Shown: in pieces, positions 38,946-48,991 of the stretch | How positions within the stretch are numbered: the first letter of the stretch is position 1 | Layout: every line of letters starts with the position of its first letter | Notes under the pieces: model-generated | The model's database searches: none | The model's input: the letters and a program-made list of their open reading frames with translations, nothing else | What the model was told of the DNA's origin: nothing | Made by a program: the position numbers and the translations under genes | Assembly: GCA_040260805.1 (NCBI GenBank) | Contig: JBDQPD010000009.1 | Location: 1-50,268 of the forward strand | Length of the DNA stretch: 50,268 nucleotides | Direction: 5' to 3' | Source of the DNA: Myxococcota bacterium | GTDB lineage: Bacteria; Myxococcota; UBA4151

Positions 38946-40376
38946 CTAGTAGCGGTAATGATCGGGCTTGTACGGACCATCAACGTCAACGCCGATATAA
39001 TCGGCCTGCTCTTGCGACAGCATCGTCAGCTTGGCTCCCAACTTGTCGAGGTGCAAACGAGCGACCTCTTCGTCGAGTTTCTTGTCCAAACGGTACACAC
39101 CGATCTCGCGCTCTTGGTTCTGGCGGATATCAATCTGCGCAATCGTTTGGTTGGTGAAGCTGTTCGACATCACAAAGCTGGGGTGCCCTGTCGCGCACGC
39201 CAGGTTGATCAGGCGGCCTTCAGCCAAGAGATAGACCGAGTTGCCGTTCGGGAAGGTAAAGCGCGTCACCGGGCCACCGGGCATGGCGTCGTCTTTGATC
39301 ACTTCTCGAGTCACACCGGGCATGTTCTCCAGAGTCGCCACTTGGATCTCGTTGTCGAAGTGTCCGATGTTGCAGACGATCGCCTGGTCCTTCATCCGGC
39401 TCATGTGTTCTGCCGTGATGATGTCCTTGTTGCCGGTCGTCGTCACAAAGATGTCGGCGGTCTCGAGGACGTCCTCGACGGTCGCTACCTGGTACCCTGC
39501 CATGCAGGCTTGAAGCGCACAGATCGGATCGATCTCAGAGACGATCACACGGCACTTCTCATTGGCTAACGAGTCCGCTGAGCCTTTACCTACATCACCA
39601 AAGCCACACACCATGGCGACGCGCCCAGAGACCAGAACGTCCATGGCGCGCTTGATCCCATCAACGAGCGAGTGACGGCATCCGTAGACGTTATCAAACT
39701 TCGATTTGGTCACCGAGTCATTGACGTTGATCGCTTGGAAGAGCAGCTCGCCGCTTTCCTGCATCTGCAGCAAACGAAGAACACCGGTGGTCGTCTCTTC
39801 AGACACGCCGACGACCGATTTCGCCATGGGCGTCCAATGATTCGGACGCTCACCGTGAACCTTTTTGATCAGGTTCTTAACGACCTGCTCTTCTTCACTC
39901 TCGGCTGCGCTGTTCACCCAAGAGGCGTCGCCACCTTCGAGCTGCACGCCTTTGTGAATCAACATCGTCGCGTCGCCGCCATCATCGACGATCTGATCCG
40001 GACCACTGCCGTCAGGCCAGGTGAGCGCTTGGAACGTGCACTCCCAGTAATCCTCAAGAGTCTCACCCTTCCAAGCAAACACCGGGATACCGGCGGCTGC
40101 GATGGCAGCGGCGGCATGGTCTTGAGTCGAGAAGATGTTGCAGGAGCACCAGCGCACATCAGCGCCCAGATCGACCAGAGTCTCGATCAGCACTGCCGTT
40201 TGAACGGTCATGTGCAGCGAGCCCATCACTTTGACACCAGCGAGTGGTTTCGACGGGCCGTATTTCGCCCGAGTCGCCATCAAACCGGGCATTTCGTGTT
40301 CAGCGATTCCGATCTCTTTGCGACCGAAGTCAGCCAGAGTGAGATCAGCGACCTTGTACGCGGGGTTAGAGGTCAT
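38946..40376 (-). CDS. ahcY: Adenosylhomocysteinase
   Basis: [57 protein letters not shown]. Confidence 0.98.
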   Translation of the reverse strand: MTSNPAYKVADLTLADFGRKEIGIAEHEMPGLMATRAKYGPSKPLAGVKVMGSLHMTVQTAVLIETLVDLGADVRWCSCNIFSTQDHAAAAIAAAGIPVFAWKGETLEDYWECTFQALTWPDGSGPDQIVDDGGDATMLIHKGVQLEGGDASWVNSAAESEEEQVVKNLIKKVHGERPNHWTPMAKSVVGVSEETTTGVLRLLQMQESGELLFQAINVNDSVTKSKFDNVYGCRHSLVDGIKRAMDVLVSGRVAMVCGFGDVGKGSADSLANEKCRVIVSEIDPICALQACMAGYQVATVEDVLETADIFVTTTGNKDIITAEHMSRMKDQAIVCNIGHFDNEIQVATLENMPGVTREVIKDDAMPGGPVTRFTFPNGNSVYLLAEGRLINLACATGHPSFVMSNSFTNQTIAQIDIRQNQEREIGVYRLDKKLDEEVARLHLDKLGAKLTMLSQEQADYIGVDVDGPYKPDHYRY

Positions 40377-40451
40377 GGTTGTAGCTCCTGTCCAAAAGGG
40401 GTTTCTGAATGCTGTCTAGCCGCACCAAAGGGCTCGCGCCAGCACTTATTA

Positions 40452-40853
40452 TCAAGAAAGATCATCATCAAAAATCGTTGCATTAGCTGCACGATCATCT
40501 GCCAATTCCTTCGCCCAATCGCGCTTGCGTCTGGGCGCTGTGAGCAGCTTCCTCCAGTGGACAAATGCGATGGCTCTAAGATCGGCGCCGGGTGCCGCCA
40601 CCGCGATGGCGACTTGAGCCTCGCTGAGGTCCCACTTCAAGTTCCAAAGATCATCGGGACGCAAAGCGAACTCCTCGAGCGATTGACGAATGACCGCCGA
40701 GCCGACCTCGAAGCGCTTTGCGACATCGTGGACGTGACCAAATCGGTACGTACCATCCTCCTGGATGCCTAAATGATAGGCGCAAAAAAGCTCAAATGCG
40801 GAGATCCCATGAGCCTCTGCGCAGTCGGATTGTGGAGTGCGTTCGTCAGTCAC
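40452..40853 (-). CDS. Hypothetical protein
   Basis: FELFCAYHLGI...HDVAKRF (possible HTH); GTG 40853 overlaps the upstream stop; co-oriented with ahcY. Confidence 0.7.
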   Translation of the reverse strand: MTDERTPQSDCAEAHGISAFELFCAYHLGIQEDGTYRFGHVHDVAKRFEVGSAVIRQSLEEFALRPDDLWNLKWDLSEAQVAIAVAAPGADLRAIAFVHWRKLLTAPRRKRDWAKELADDRAANATIFDDDLS

Positions 40854-41307
40854 GGCCTTGCGCTTTACCAAAACGCTGAATGCGCAGCGGCTCGAGATAG
40901 TTCAGCGCCCCCCGGTCGACCGGAATCCCTGACTCGGGAAGCTCGAATCGCTCGTCGCGATATCCGGGCAGAAACAAAATAGGATTAGCGCCACTGTCGT
41001 AGCCCAGCTGAACCAGTTCACCGAACTTAAACTCCCGGCACATTTTGTCGCAGCAATGAAAGCGCGCCTCGACCTTGTAGAACCCCTCTTCGGGCAAAGT
41101 CTCCAAGCTTTGGGCGTAATCGCCGCTTGGAATGGTGTGGCCACGGCCAGAAAACACCGCTCGATTGTTCACCCAACGCTCTGGGTAGTAGACCCCAGGG
41201 CCTGGATCGCCGTGATTATGGTAGTAAACTAAGCGGTCTGCCTGAATGCCATCAATGGTCGGGACAGTAGTGCGGTATAACCCACACGGTTGATCTTCGT
41301 TGCTCAC
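40846..41307 (-). CDS. Hypothetical protein
   Basis: GGAGG RBS before GTG 41307; CGLYRTT, LVYYHNHGDPGPG, HCCDKMC, LVQLGY motifs. Confidence 0.7.
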   Translation of the reverse strand: MSNEDQPCGLYRTTVPTIDGIQADRLVYYHNHGDPGPGVYYPERWVNNRAVFSGRGHTIPSGDYAQSLETLPEEGFYKVEARFHCCDKMCREFKFGELVQLGYDSGANPILFLPGYRDERFELPESGIPVDRGALNYLEPLRIQRFGKAQGRD

Positions 41308-41365
41308 TTGGCGGCCTCCGGTTGCCCCTACAAGAAAGGCATCGTAGAGCCTGCGCGCAACCTCT

Positions 41366-43960
41366 ATGGCGGTATTCATCTTGGCTAATCTTTTAGAACA
41401 GTGGGTCCGATTGATGCTGCGGCATCGGTTTAAGACCCTATTTCTAATGTTTGGTCTGACCGCATTTGCTGGTGCTTTAGGCAGTCAGGTAGAGATCCGG
41501 ACAGCCCTTCTGGACATGATTAAAAAGAGCTCTGACCGCGCTCAGGTCTATGACCAGATGCGTGAGATTTTTGGTTCCGATACGGTCATGTTGATTGGAA
41601 TCGAAGACGATCAACTGACCACTCCCGAAGGCATTGAGCGGCTTCGTAAACTCAAAGCCATCGTTCAAGCGCAGCCCTTGATCAGCGATCTGACGAGCCT
41701 GGATGATCTTCAACGTATCGATCCCGAGGAGGGTGGTCTGACCGTCGCCCGATTTTTACCAGAAGGTGCGCTCACCCAACAACAGATCAACGCAGCGCGT
41801 GATGAGCTTCGCAAGGACGGCTTGTTCGTCCCCACCTTTCTTAGTCGCGACGGCAAAGCGACGGCGATCATCGCCGAAATGACATCATCGATCGAAGACA
41901 CAGCGAAGCCTGAAGTCTTAGCCGCTATGCGCGCCTTCGCCCAGACCGTGCCCGGGGGAACGAAACTCCTGACATCGGATGAAGGGAAGCTGTCGTTGCT
42001 CGAAGCGGCGCGCATGGACACCGCCATGAAAGCGCACGAGTGGGCAGAAGAAGCCGGCTATAAGCGTGACCAGGTTTTCCCCACCGGGATGCCGGTTTCA
42101 GCTGGGTTTTTGCTCACCGAGACGCGGCGCCACATGGGGCCGTTCTTTGGCGCTACCCTGCTGGTTATTTGCTTACTGCTTGCGTTCTTACTGCGCTCAG
42201 CCAAGGCGGTTGTTTACTGTCTCTTAGTCGCCATACCCGCGGTGATTTGGGCGGTTGGTTTTGGCGGAACCATCAACGGACGCATCTCGATTGTGGCGGC
42301 GATGGCGCCGATGATCGTCTTAGTGCTGTCGGTCGCTAATGTCGTTCACCTCGTGGGTCAGTATCGTTTTGAGCGCTCGCGAGAAGGCCGCGAAGAGGCG
42401 CTTCTTTCTGCCTTTCGCGAGGTCGGGACCGCCTGCTTCTTGACCAGTCTAACCACCCTGATCGGGTTCTCGAGTCTGCGCTTCATCCCGCTTGTGACGG
42501 CTCAGGAGCTTGGAGTCGTCTGCGCAGTGGGCGTGATCGCAGCCTTTTTGCTTGCGTTCACGGTCGTTCCGATTTTGATCAGCTTCTCTGACCTACCGTC
42601 TCAAGTCCCCACGCAAAGCAAAACAACATACCGGGTCCTGAATTGGTGTCAGCGCGTGGCGCGTCAGGCGCCTCGTCGAGTGATCGCAGTGAGTGTGATG
42701 CTCACCGCTCTGGCGATTGCAGGACTCAACGCCTTGGTGATCGACACCAACCTAGACGCCAAGTTTTATGATGATCACCCAGTGGCCCTCGCTGCGAAGT
42801 TTTTTGGCGAGCGACTCTCAGGTGGTCTGACCGCTGAGGTCCTGATCGATACGGGACGAAAAGGTGGAGCCCTTGAGCGCGACGTCTTTATTCGGTCGGA
42901 AGAAGTGGATGCTCCTGCTGCGGTCGACGTGGTCGATGATGAAGACGATGAGTTCGGTATTGAGGACGATGAGCCGAGCGCAGCCGTCGCCACCAACCAG
43001 CGAGAACGAGTCGACTCGGTCGAAGGCGCCAAAGCCAACTACTATCTTGAACAACTCCTCGCTGCAGCTGCAGACCTCAAAGCCTTCCGTGACCCTAGTA
43101 TCTTAGACGGTAAACCCGTGGTCATCGGTGCGTTCTCAGTCGCTGATATTGCCCAACGTACGCACCAAGCGATGGGCGGTGAAACGCCGCTTCCTAACCG
43201 CGCCCAGTTCGCCGCTCAACTCGCTTTGTTTGAAGACCAAGGGGGCGAAGGCCTGAGCACCTTTGTCGATGAGGACCGTCGATACCTGCGCATGCAACTG
43301 CGAATGCCCAGCTTGGGCACACGAAACTCGGTCGCTTTTATGAAGGCGGTCGAGCCCAAGCTGCGCGAGCGCTTCCCCACCCCGGAAGGTGGAATCAAAA
43401 CGCAAATCAACGGCATTGATATCCTGCTCAGTGATGTCATCGAGGCGCTCGGTATTCAGCTGTATATAGGCTTCGCCTTTGCGGCGATGGTGATCACCTT
43501 TGTGATGAGTCTAGTGTATCGCTCATGGCGCGTCGGTTTAGCCTCGATGATGCCCAATATTCTTCCGGTGATTTCAGGGATCGGTATTCTGGGGTTGATC
43601 GGTTTGAAAATCGATATCGACGCCTTGTTCATGGTCTCAATCGCCCTCGGGATCGCCGTGGACGATACCATCCACTTTTTGACGCGTTACAAAATCGAGC
43701 GAACGGCAGGCTTAGATAAGGACGAAGCAATTCGTCTCTCGCTCCATGAGACGGGCGTAGGTATTGTCCGAACGTCGATTATCCTCGTGCTGGGCTTTGG
43801 CGTCTTTTTGTTCAGCCCGTATCTGACCTTCAAATATGTGGGGCTGATCCTCCCGACCACCATGTGCATGGCGGTGGTGGCCGATATGCTCGTCATCCCT
43901 GCGATGGTGTATCTAAATTGGATCCCTGTCGTCGCCGAAGACTCGGCAGCTAGCGCCTAA
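41366..43960 (+). CDS. MMPL/RND-family transporter
   Basis: Two repeats of a TM, a periplasmic domain and 5 TMs; TSLTTLIGF, SIALGIAVDDTIHF. Start may be TTG 41381. Confidence 0.92.
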   Translation: MAVFILANLLEQWVRLMLRHRFKTLFLMFGLTAFAGALGSQVEIRTALLDMIKKSSDRAQVYDQMREIFGSDTVMLIGIEDDQLTTPEGIERLRKLKAIVQAQPLISDLTSLDDLQRIDPEEGGLTVARFLPEGALTQQQINAARDELRKDGLFVPTFLSRDGKATAIIAEMTSSIEDTAKPEVLAAMRAFAQTVPGGTKLLTSDEGKLSLLEAARMDTAMKAHEWAEEAGYKRDQVFPTGMPVSAGFLLTETRRHMGPFFGATLLVICLLLAFLLRSAKAVVYCLLVAIPAVIWAVGFGGTINGRISIVAAMAPMIVLVLSVANVVHLVGQYRFERSREGREEALLSAFREVGTACFLTSLTTLIGFSSLRFIPLVTAQELGVVCAVGVIAAFLLAFTVVPILISFSDLPSQVPTQSKTTYRVLNWCQRVARQAPRRVIAVSVMLTALAIAGLNALVIDTNLDAKFYDDHPVALAAKFFGERLSGGLTAEVLIDTGRKGGALERDVFIRSEEVDAPAAVDVVDDEDDEFGIEDDEPSAAVATNQRERVDSVEGAKANYYLEQLLAAAADLKAFRDPSILDGKPVVIGAFSVADIAQRTHQAMGGETPLPNRAQFAAQLALFEDQGGEGLSTFVDEDRRYLRMQLRMPSLGTRNSVAFMKAVEPKLRERFPTPEGGIKTQINGIDILLSDVIEALGIQLYIGFAFAAMVITFVMSLVYRSWRVGLASMMPNILPVISGIGILGLIGLKIDIDALFMVSIALGIAVDDTIHFLTRYKIERTAGLDKDEAIRLSLHETGVGIVRTSIILVLGFGVFLFSPYLTFKYVGLILPTTMCMAVVADMLVIPAMVYLNWIPVVAEDSAASA

Positions 43961-44252
43961 GCGCAGTTGAGAGCGCCTCTTCAAACCGTGACCGATCGAT
44001 CAGGCGCTGCTCCGCCGATGCCGAAAACCGGTGCATAAAACGCAGCTCTAAATCACGGACGCCAAGCTGGCACTCAAAGCGTTTTGGAGCGATCCAAATC
44101 TGAATTTCCCTTGAGCCCCAGACCTGCTTTGAACGAGCAAAGTCCGGGCCGATCGCCAGGCTAAAATCCTCAGGGTCAATCGGATGATCCAGTCGGTACA
44201 CAAAGGTCAGCCCGCGCTGGCAGCGAGGGTCCGCAAAGCGCTCAAAGCTCAC
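43950..44252 (-). CDS. Hypothetical protein
   Basis: GTGA overlap with the V4R gene stop; no recognised motif. Confidence 0.55.
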   Translation of the reverse strand: MSFERFADPRCQRGLTFVYRLDHPIDPEDFSLAIGPDFARSKQVWGSREIQIWIAPKRFECQLGVRDLELRFMHRFSASAEQRLIDRSRFEEALSTALRR

Positions 44253-45451
44253 CGGTCTGCGACGATCTCAGAGTATGCATCCCCCATAGCGATCGACTTG
44301 GTTTGATGGACCGCAAAAGAATCAGGGTGCTCAAAGACACGCTCAAAATAGTCATTATCGAGAACCGGCTTGTCCAGCACATCGCCGAGGTACAAGAGGT
44401 TCATCAAGCCGCCTAAGCCGCCGGCTGCCAAAAAGGCTACCGGTCGACTCGCCGCCCCGTACATCGCTTGATAGCCGAGGCTCTCATAATCGTCATAGAG
44501 CCTCAACACCGCGCGACGGTCACTGATCTCAACCAAACGCCAGCGCCCCCAACCCAAGGCGCTCACAATCGACGCCATCGAGTGTGCACCCGCCTCACGT
44601 GAGGCGACTTTCGAACCCATCAAGGCTTCCCATTCAGCCGAATTAAAGATGCCGCCAAAGGTATGAAACGCACAGCGATAGCCTGCGTCGATGAGCAAGT
44701 GCTCTCCCGCCATACGCATGCCGGTGTGACTCATTCGTCTCAAAAACTCGAAGCTTAGCCGGTTGTAGAAATGCGCGAAATGCTGAGTCAACATGACCCC
44801 AAAGCGCGGGATAAGACCCTCTTCGTTACCCACCAGGTGTAAGGCCTGAACCGCCCGATCGACGGCTGCTTGGTCCACCGCTGCCCAGGTGTTGGGAGGA
44901 CGCGCATCCGTGGAGGCTGGGCCCATTCCGTAGGTCTGCATGAAATCCGGCTTGACCCGCCCCTTGAGACCGACCTTCCCTTGCTCCGCACCCACGCTCA
45001 TACAGGCTTGGATAGAGGCTCCAAAACCACTCGCTAGTCGTCCATGTGCCCAGGCGCCGGCGCCGGCAGCGAACCCGGCATCAAAACGACTCTGCGGTTT
45101 CGCAAACGGAACCCCAGCGGCTGATGACAGACATTGACCATAATGCGAGACCGATGTGGTCGCATGACCGCCCGCCGCGGTCACCTCAGACAGATCAATC
45201 TGACCAAACCCGAGATAGGCAAAGAGTGCCTCGGCTTGCTCCGAGTCCTGCCCCGATAAACCCTTCAAACAGGCAAAGGCTGATGCTGCGGCGGCATCTT
45301 GGATGATCTCTTCCATGCCCAAATCATCGACGAGTAGAACGGTTTTCTGCAGCCAGTAGTTGTAGAAGTTGCAGTGATAAACGAGTGGCTCATCGCCTAA
45401 ATTACGTCGACCGAAGCCTTGCTCTTGAACCTGCCCTCGTAACGCACTCAT
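44249..45451 (-). CDS. Tandem V4R (4-vinyl reductase)-like domain protein
   Basis: Two related halves: F..LGFG.I...FDAGFAAG...CMSVGA and ALGWGRW...FLAAGGLGG...SIAMGD.YSEI. Confidence 0.7.
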   Translation of the reverse strand: MSALRGQVQEQGFGRRNLGDEPLVYHCNFYNYWLQKTVLLVDDLGMEEIIQDAAAASAFACLKGLSGQDSEQAEALFAYLGFGQIDLSEVTAAGGHATTSVSHYGQCLSSAAGVPFAKPQSRFDAGFAAGAGAWAHGRLASGFGASIQACMSVGAEQGKVGLKGRVKPDFMQTYGMGPASTDARPPNTWAAVDQAAVDRAVQALHLVGNEEGLIPRFGVMLTQHFAHFYNRLSFEFLRRMSHTGMRMAGEHLLIDAGYRCAFHTFGGIFNSAEWEALMGSKVASREAGAHSMASIVSALGWGRWRLVEISDRRAVLRLYDDYESLGYQAMYGAASRPVAFLAAGGLGGLMNLLYLGDVLDKPVLDNDYFERVFEHPDSFAVHQTKSIAMGDAYSEIVADR

Positions 45452-45621
45452 TAGCCCTGCTCCACTTCACGCAAAGCCTGACGAATCCGGCGCTCAAGCA
45501 TCGGGTCTAAAGGCTGATTTGGGTTGTGCCCTTTGAGCTCTGGCATGCCGAGCTTGAGCACGACTCTTAGCAACTTGAGCCGCCCAAGGTTTCCAGGAAA
45601 GATTTGATTCAGCGTAGCCAT
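45451..45621 (-). CDS. Small 56-aa protein missing from the ORF track
   Basis: MATLNQIFPGNLGRLKLLRVVLKLGMPELKGHNPNQPLDPMLERRIRQALREVEQG; its TAA overlaps the V4R ATG (TAATG). Confidence 0.6.
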   Translation of the reverse strand: MATLNQIFPGNLGRLKLLRVVLKLGMPELKGHNPNQPLDPMLERRIRQALREVEQG

Positions 45622-45700
45622 CAAAATCCATCAAAAGAGGCAGTCGATTTCATCAACCTGAATCATCGTGTCAAGGTGGCGCCGTTGTTCGCTGGACGAG

Positions 45701-46345
45701 TTATCTGCGAACCGCCCCACCGGGTTCCAGAGCCCAGGCTTCTTGCAATCGCTGAAAGCTGCGGCTGTAGCGCTCATCTCCGTCGAGTACATCGACGACG
45801 AGCCGCTCGTTTTCTCGCCGTAAATTAAGCTTAGCCGAAGCCGAAACCGTGAGGCCGTCATCGCTGCTTGATGCGACCAGCTTTAGCGGTCCAGGAGGGA
45901 CCGCAACGGTTTCGTATGTGGCCACTCGCCACCTCCTCTTCTCGGCATCCTGACGAGCCCCAAAGAACAACACGGCATCGAGCGCCCCGCGCTCAGAACC
46001 TTGCACAGCGCCTTCGAGGTAGTTGACCAAAAATCCAATCAAGAACCCCTGCGACGCATCATGTTGATCGATCTGGGCATGGAAACGGCTCAGCTCCGGC
46101 CACAAACTTGAGGCTAAATGAAAGCCGTCAAAACGCTTAAAGGCACCCATGAGCGGATTGACGATCCCTTGAGCGTAACGAGGCTTGGTGTTGGGAGCCC
46201 CTCGTTGAGTAGAGGGCGTTTTTTCCGCTGCAGACTCTGCCTTTAAGGACGGTATCCCTCGATCCATCGGCGTGTCTTTTGAGCAGCCAGCGAAGAGCAG
46301 CAAAGCAGCCCACAAGACACGACTCAAGGCGCCCCTCGCAACCAA
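45701..46345 (-). CDS. Hypothetical lipoprotein
   Basis: Lipobox LFAGC. Confidence 0.65.
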   Translation of the reverse strand: MVARGALSRVLWAALLLFAGCSKDTPMDRGIPSLKAESAAEKTPSTQRGAPNTKPRYAQGIVNPLMGAFKRFDGFHLASSLWPELSRFHAQIDQHDASQGFLIGFLVNYLEGAVQGSERGALDAVLFFGARQDAEKRRWRVATYETVAVPPGPLKLVASSSDDGLTVSASAKLNLRRENERLVVDVLDGDERYSRSFQRLQEAWALEPGGAVRR

Positions 46346-48462
46346 CCTCGAGCGATCGGCAGATCACCCGCTTCCACAAAGCGAGCCGCTCCGGTGCCCT
46401 CAATCGTGAGCCCGTTAAGATCTGCAGAGCGAAAAGAATTATCAGGCCCTTCTAACCCCTGAGTCGACATCGAAGCGCCGGTCTCTAAGTCCAGACCATC
46501 ATAGTGCTCATTCGCTAGCGCCGATCGGTCGACCACAATGGCTTGATCCAGCGGATTAACCAAGGCGCTGACGTTCACCAAGGACACCTCACGGTTATCG
46601 AGAAGCAGCAAGCCCACTTGAGTGATTGCGCCGCCACCATCGGCTAAGTCGTCATACGCAATGGTCGTCGATCCCGTTTCAGGAATCAGCAGCTCATCGA
46701 CCGCAATCGCGCTGTTGTTTCCAATCGCAAGCAGCGACGCACCGCCCGAGCGAATCATCGCAGGGTTGGAGACGGTGATGGTGCCGCCGTGATTGCGCTC
46801 TAACCAAATTCCGACACGCGAGCTCTCGAGGCGGTCACCTGAGATCCGCACATCGCCTTTGACGTCGACCACGCCGATCCCCACCCGATGCGTCTCTTCA
46901 TCAAGAGCAACGACCCCATTTCCAGAGAAGGTCAAGTCCACTGACTGATCGTCGCCGTCGGTGCCTCCGACCACAGCAAAGCCCCAATCGCAGTCGTGAG
47001 CCGTGTTCGAATTCAGGTTCCAGGTTCCGCCACCTGATGCGCGCAGATAGAATCCAGATCGAATCGCTCCGCTGACCTGGTTTTCAGACAAGGAAATTCT
47101 CGACATCGGCGACTTTGCAGGTCCTAAATCGTACCCTCGTCCGCCCGGGCTAACGACCCCGTTTTTGTCCATACTGACACCGCTGCCCGGATAACGAAGT
47201 GCGATACCTACGCCATCCGGCTCGACCATCGCATTCTCGCTGACCGCCATGTTGCCCGTGATGTGGTCGATAACCATTCCACGCGCCACCCGCTCAATCG
47301 TATTTTTCAACACCCACCAGCTACCGGTTTCATCGCCCTCAGCCGAAGAAGCGACCTGTCGCAACCAGATCCCTGCATCGCGAAGGTCAGAGATACTGTT
47401 GCCGCGAATCTCAATGCGATTGTCAGCGCTCAAACGAGGGTAGCGTACCGCCACGCCCATCTTCGCCCCATCGTCTCGTTGGCGAGAAATGGCTTCGTCA
47501 GGGAGTCCTCTAATGGTGTTATCTCGGATCGTAATCTCACCTTGGAAGGTATCGACGAGACTCTCACGCTCATCGATCGTTGCGCCCAAACCCTGAGGCT
47601 TTCCAACCGCAACCACCACATCTGCGTCTTCTCGAGTGGTTAACAGGTTGTTGTTGATCAGCACGCGCGCGCCATCGATGGTTTGATGCACTTCGATGGT
47701 TCCGGTTCCCAGCTGCTCCATCCGCGATCCGCTGATCTCTACCGCCGCAATCCCCACGGTCGCAAAGACCGCCTGAGCCCAGTGAGAGATCTCGACATTA
47801 TGCGCCGTAAACCGGATGCCTTCATCCTCGTCGGAGCGAATCTCAACGCCGGGTTGAGAGCGTTGACCCGTTTCGGCTTTGGCAACGAGCTGGTTGAGTT
47901 CAATCGAGCGCAAGTTCGATGCTTTGAGACCCATCTTCAGCCTTAGCCCGGCTAAACGCATGGAAGCGTTCTCACCAAAGCCGTTCACATTCCACCGGCC
48001 ACCGACCTGGCCGCCGATGTTGCTCCCTGCTGAACACCGCCCCACAACCGTTACGGGCTCGGTAACCAAAGGCTGAGCACCAACCGTAAATGAACCTTCG
48101 CCAAGCAGAATCAAGCCACCACGCTCTTGAAGCTGCTGAAGCGCTTGCCCCAGATCACCCATCGGGTCGGCCTCGCTGCCACTGCCCGTGCCGCCTTCGG
48201 CGACATAGACCACTGCAGCACCGGCTTCCATGGCATCAACTGCCCAGGGGTGCGCGGTATCGTAAGCACCGTCCGGACACTTTCTTGAGACCCCGCGCAT
48301 CGGCACACAGCGTCCGGAGACAGGATCATTGACCAGCGCACCTTCGCATTCAGGAATGCTCGGGCCTGCCGGTCCTGCATCAAAAATGAGATCCGGAGAA
48401 TCGGCTTCACATTGGCAGCCAAAGGCACCGAGGGTGATCATCAGCAATAGGTGTCGCGCCAT
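46324..48462 (-). CDS. Lipoprotein with right-handed parallel beta-helix repeats
   Basis: Lipobox AFGC; VYV...GTGSGSEADPM..L.QAL; repeated IxxNxI / GIWL strands. Confidence 0.8.
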   Translation of the reverse strand: MARHLLLMITLGAFGCQCEADSPDLIFDAGPAGPSIPECEGALVNDPVSGRCVPMRGVSRKCPDGAYDTAHPWAVDAMEAGAAVVYVAEGGTGSGSEADPMGDLGQALQQLQERGGLILLGEGSFTVGAQPLVTEPVTVVGRCSAGSNIGGQVGGRWNVNGFGENASMRLAGLRLKMGLKASNLRSIELNQLVAKAETGQRSQPGVEIRSDEDEGIRFTAHNVEISHWAQAVFATVGIAAVEISGSRMEQLGTGTIEVHQTIDGARVLINNNLLTTREDADVVVAVGKPQGLGATIDERESLVDTFQGEITIRDNTIRGLPDEAISRQRDDGAKMGVAVRYPRLSADNRIEIRGNSISDLRDAGIWLRQVASSAEGDETGSWWVLKNTIERVARGMVIDHITGNMAVSENAMVEPDGVGIALRYPGSGVSMDKNGVVSPGGRGYDLGPAKSPMSRISLSENQVSGAIRSGFYLRASGGGTWNLNSNTAHDCDWGFAVVGGTDGDDQSVDLTFSGNGVVALDEETHRVGIGVVDVKGDVRISGDRLESSRVGIWLERNHGGTITVSNPAMIRSGGASLLAIGNNSAIAVDELLIPETGSTTIAYDDLADGGGAITQVGLLLLDNREVSLVNVSALVNPLDQAIVVDRSALANEHYDGLDLETGASMSTQGLEGPDNSFRSADLNGLTIEGTGAARFVEAGDLPIARGWLRGAP

Positions 48463-48536
48463 CTTTGTTCCTTTTTGTCGTTTTCGATTCGTAGACGGGC
48501 CCGTAAGCCATGCCTACTATCTAAGGAGATTCTGCC

Positions 48537-48983
48537 ATGCTCGGTTGCACAATGCTCACGATGCTGACTCTAATCGCTTCCCCTGCTGCTACCACGATGC
48601 CTACACCCGTGAGCTACGGCAAGCCGTTCGCTGTACTGAATCCAATTCCTCTTCCCGAACTTCCCAGCGCAGCGAAGAAAAAAACCGGCGAACTGGTTCA
48701 GGTCATTGGACCCGTCCATAAAGTTTGCACGAAAAAGGGCTGCTGGATGAGCTTGAAAGATGGCGACGCGCGGATGCGGATTGGCTTCAAGGATTACAGC
48801 TTCTTCATGCCCACTGCGCTCGCTGAGGGGACCATCGTGGTGGTCAAAGGCATACTCTCAACCTCAAAACTCAGCGAAGCCCAGATCGCACACCTCGAAA
48901 AAGAGGGCGCTAAAGTGCCGAAGAGTGGCGAAGAACTCAAAGTCGTCGCTGAAGGCGCTTGGGTCGAGTACCGGAACCGCTAG
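48537..48983 (+). CDS. DUF4920-family exported OB-fold protein
   Basis: VCTKKGCWM and FKDYSFFMP signatures. Confidence 0.85.
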   Translation: MLGCTMLTMLTLIASPAATTMPTPVSYGKPFAVLNPIPLPELPSAAKKKTGELVQVIGPVHKVCTKKGCWMSLKDGDARMRIGFKDYSFFMPTALAEGTIVVVKGILSTSKLSEAQIAHLEKEGAKVPKSGEELKVVAEGAWVEYRNR

Positions 48984-48991
48984 GTCGACCG

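Noticed and set aside
40377..40451. SAH or SAM riboswitch upstream of ahcY
   Set aside because: Short leader with only a weak hairpin; SAH consensus elements (GAGCGCUGC, CAGGCUC) not seen.
39672..40772. 366-aa ORF antisense to ahcY
   Set aside because: Shadow frame of a codon-biased gene with no motifs; the same applies to 17105-17926, 23695-24417 and 34361-35203.
45631..45861. 76-aa ORF, or TGA readthrough into the 56-aa ORF
   Set aside because: Mostly overlaps the lipoprotein gene in another frame; no SECIS-like element or redox motif recognised.
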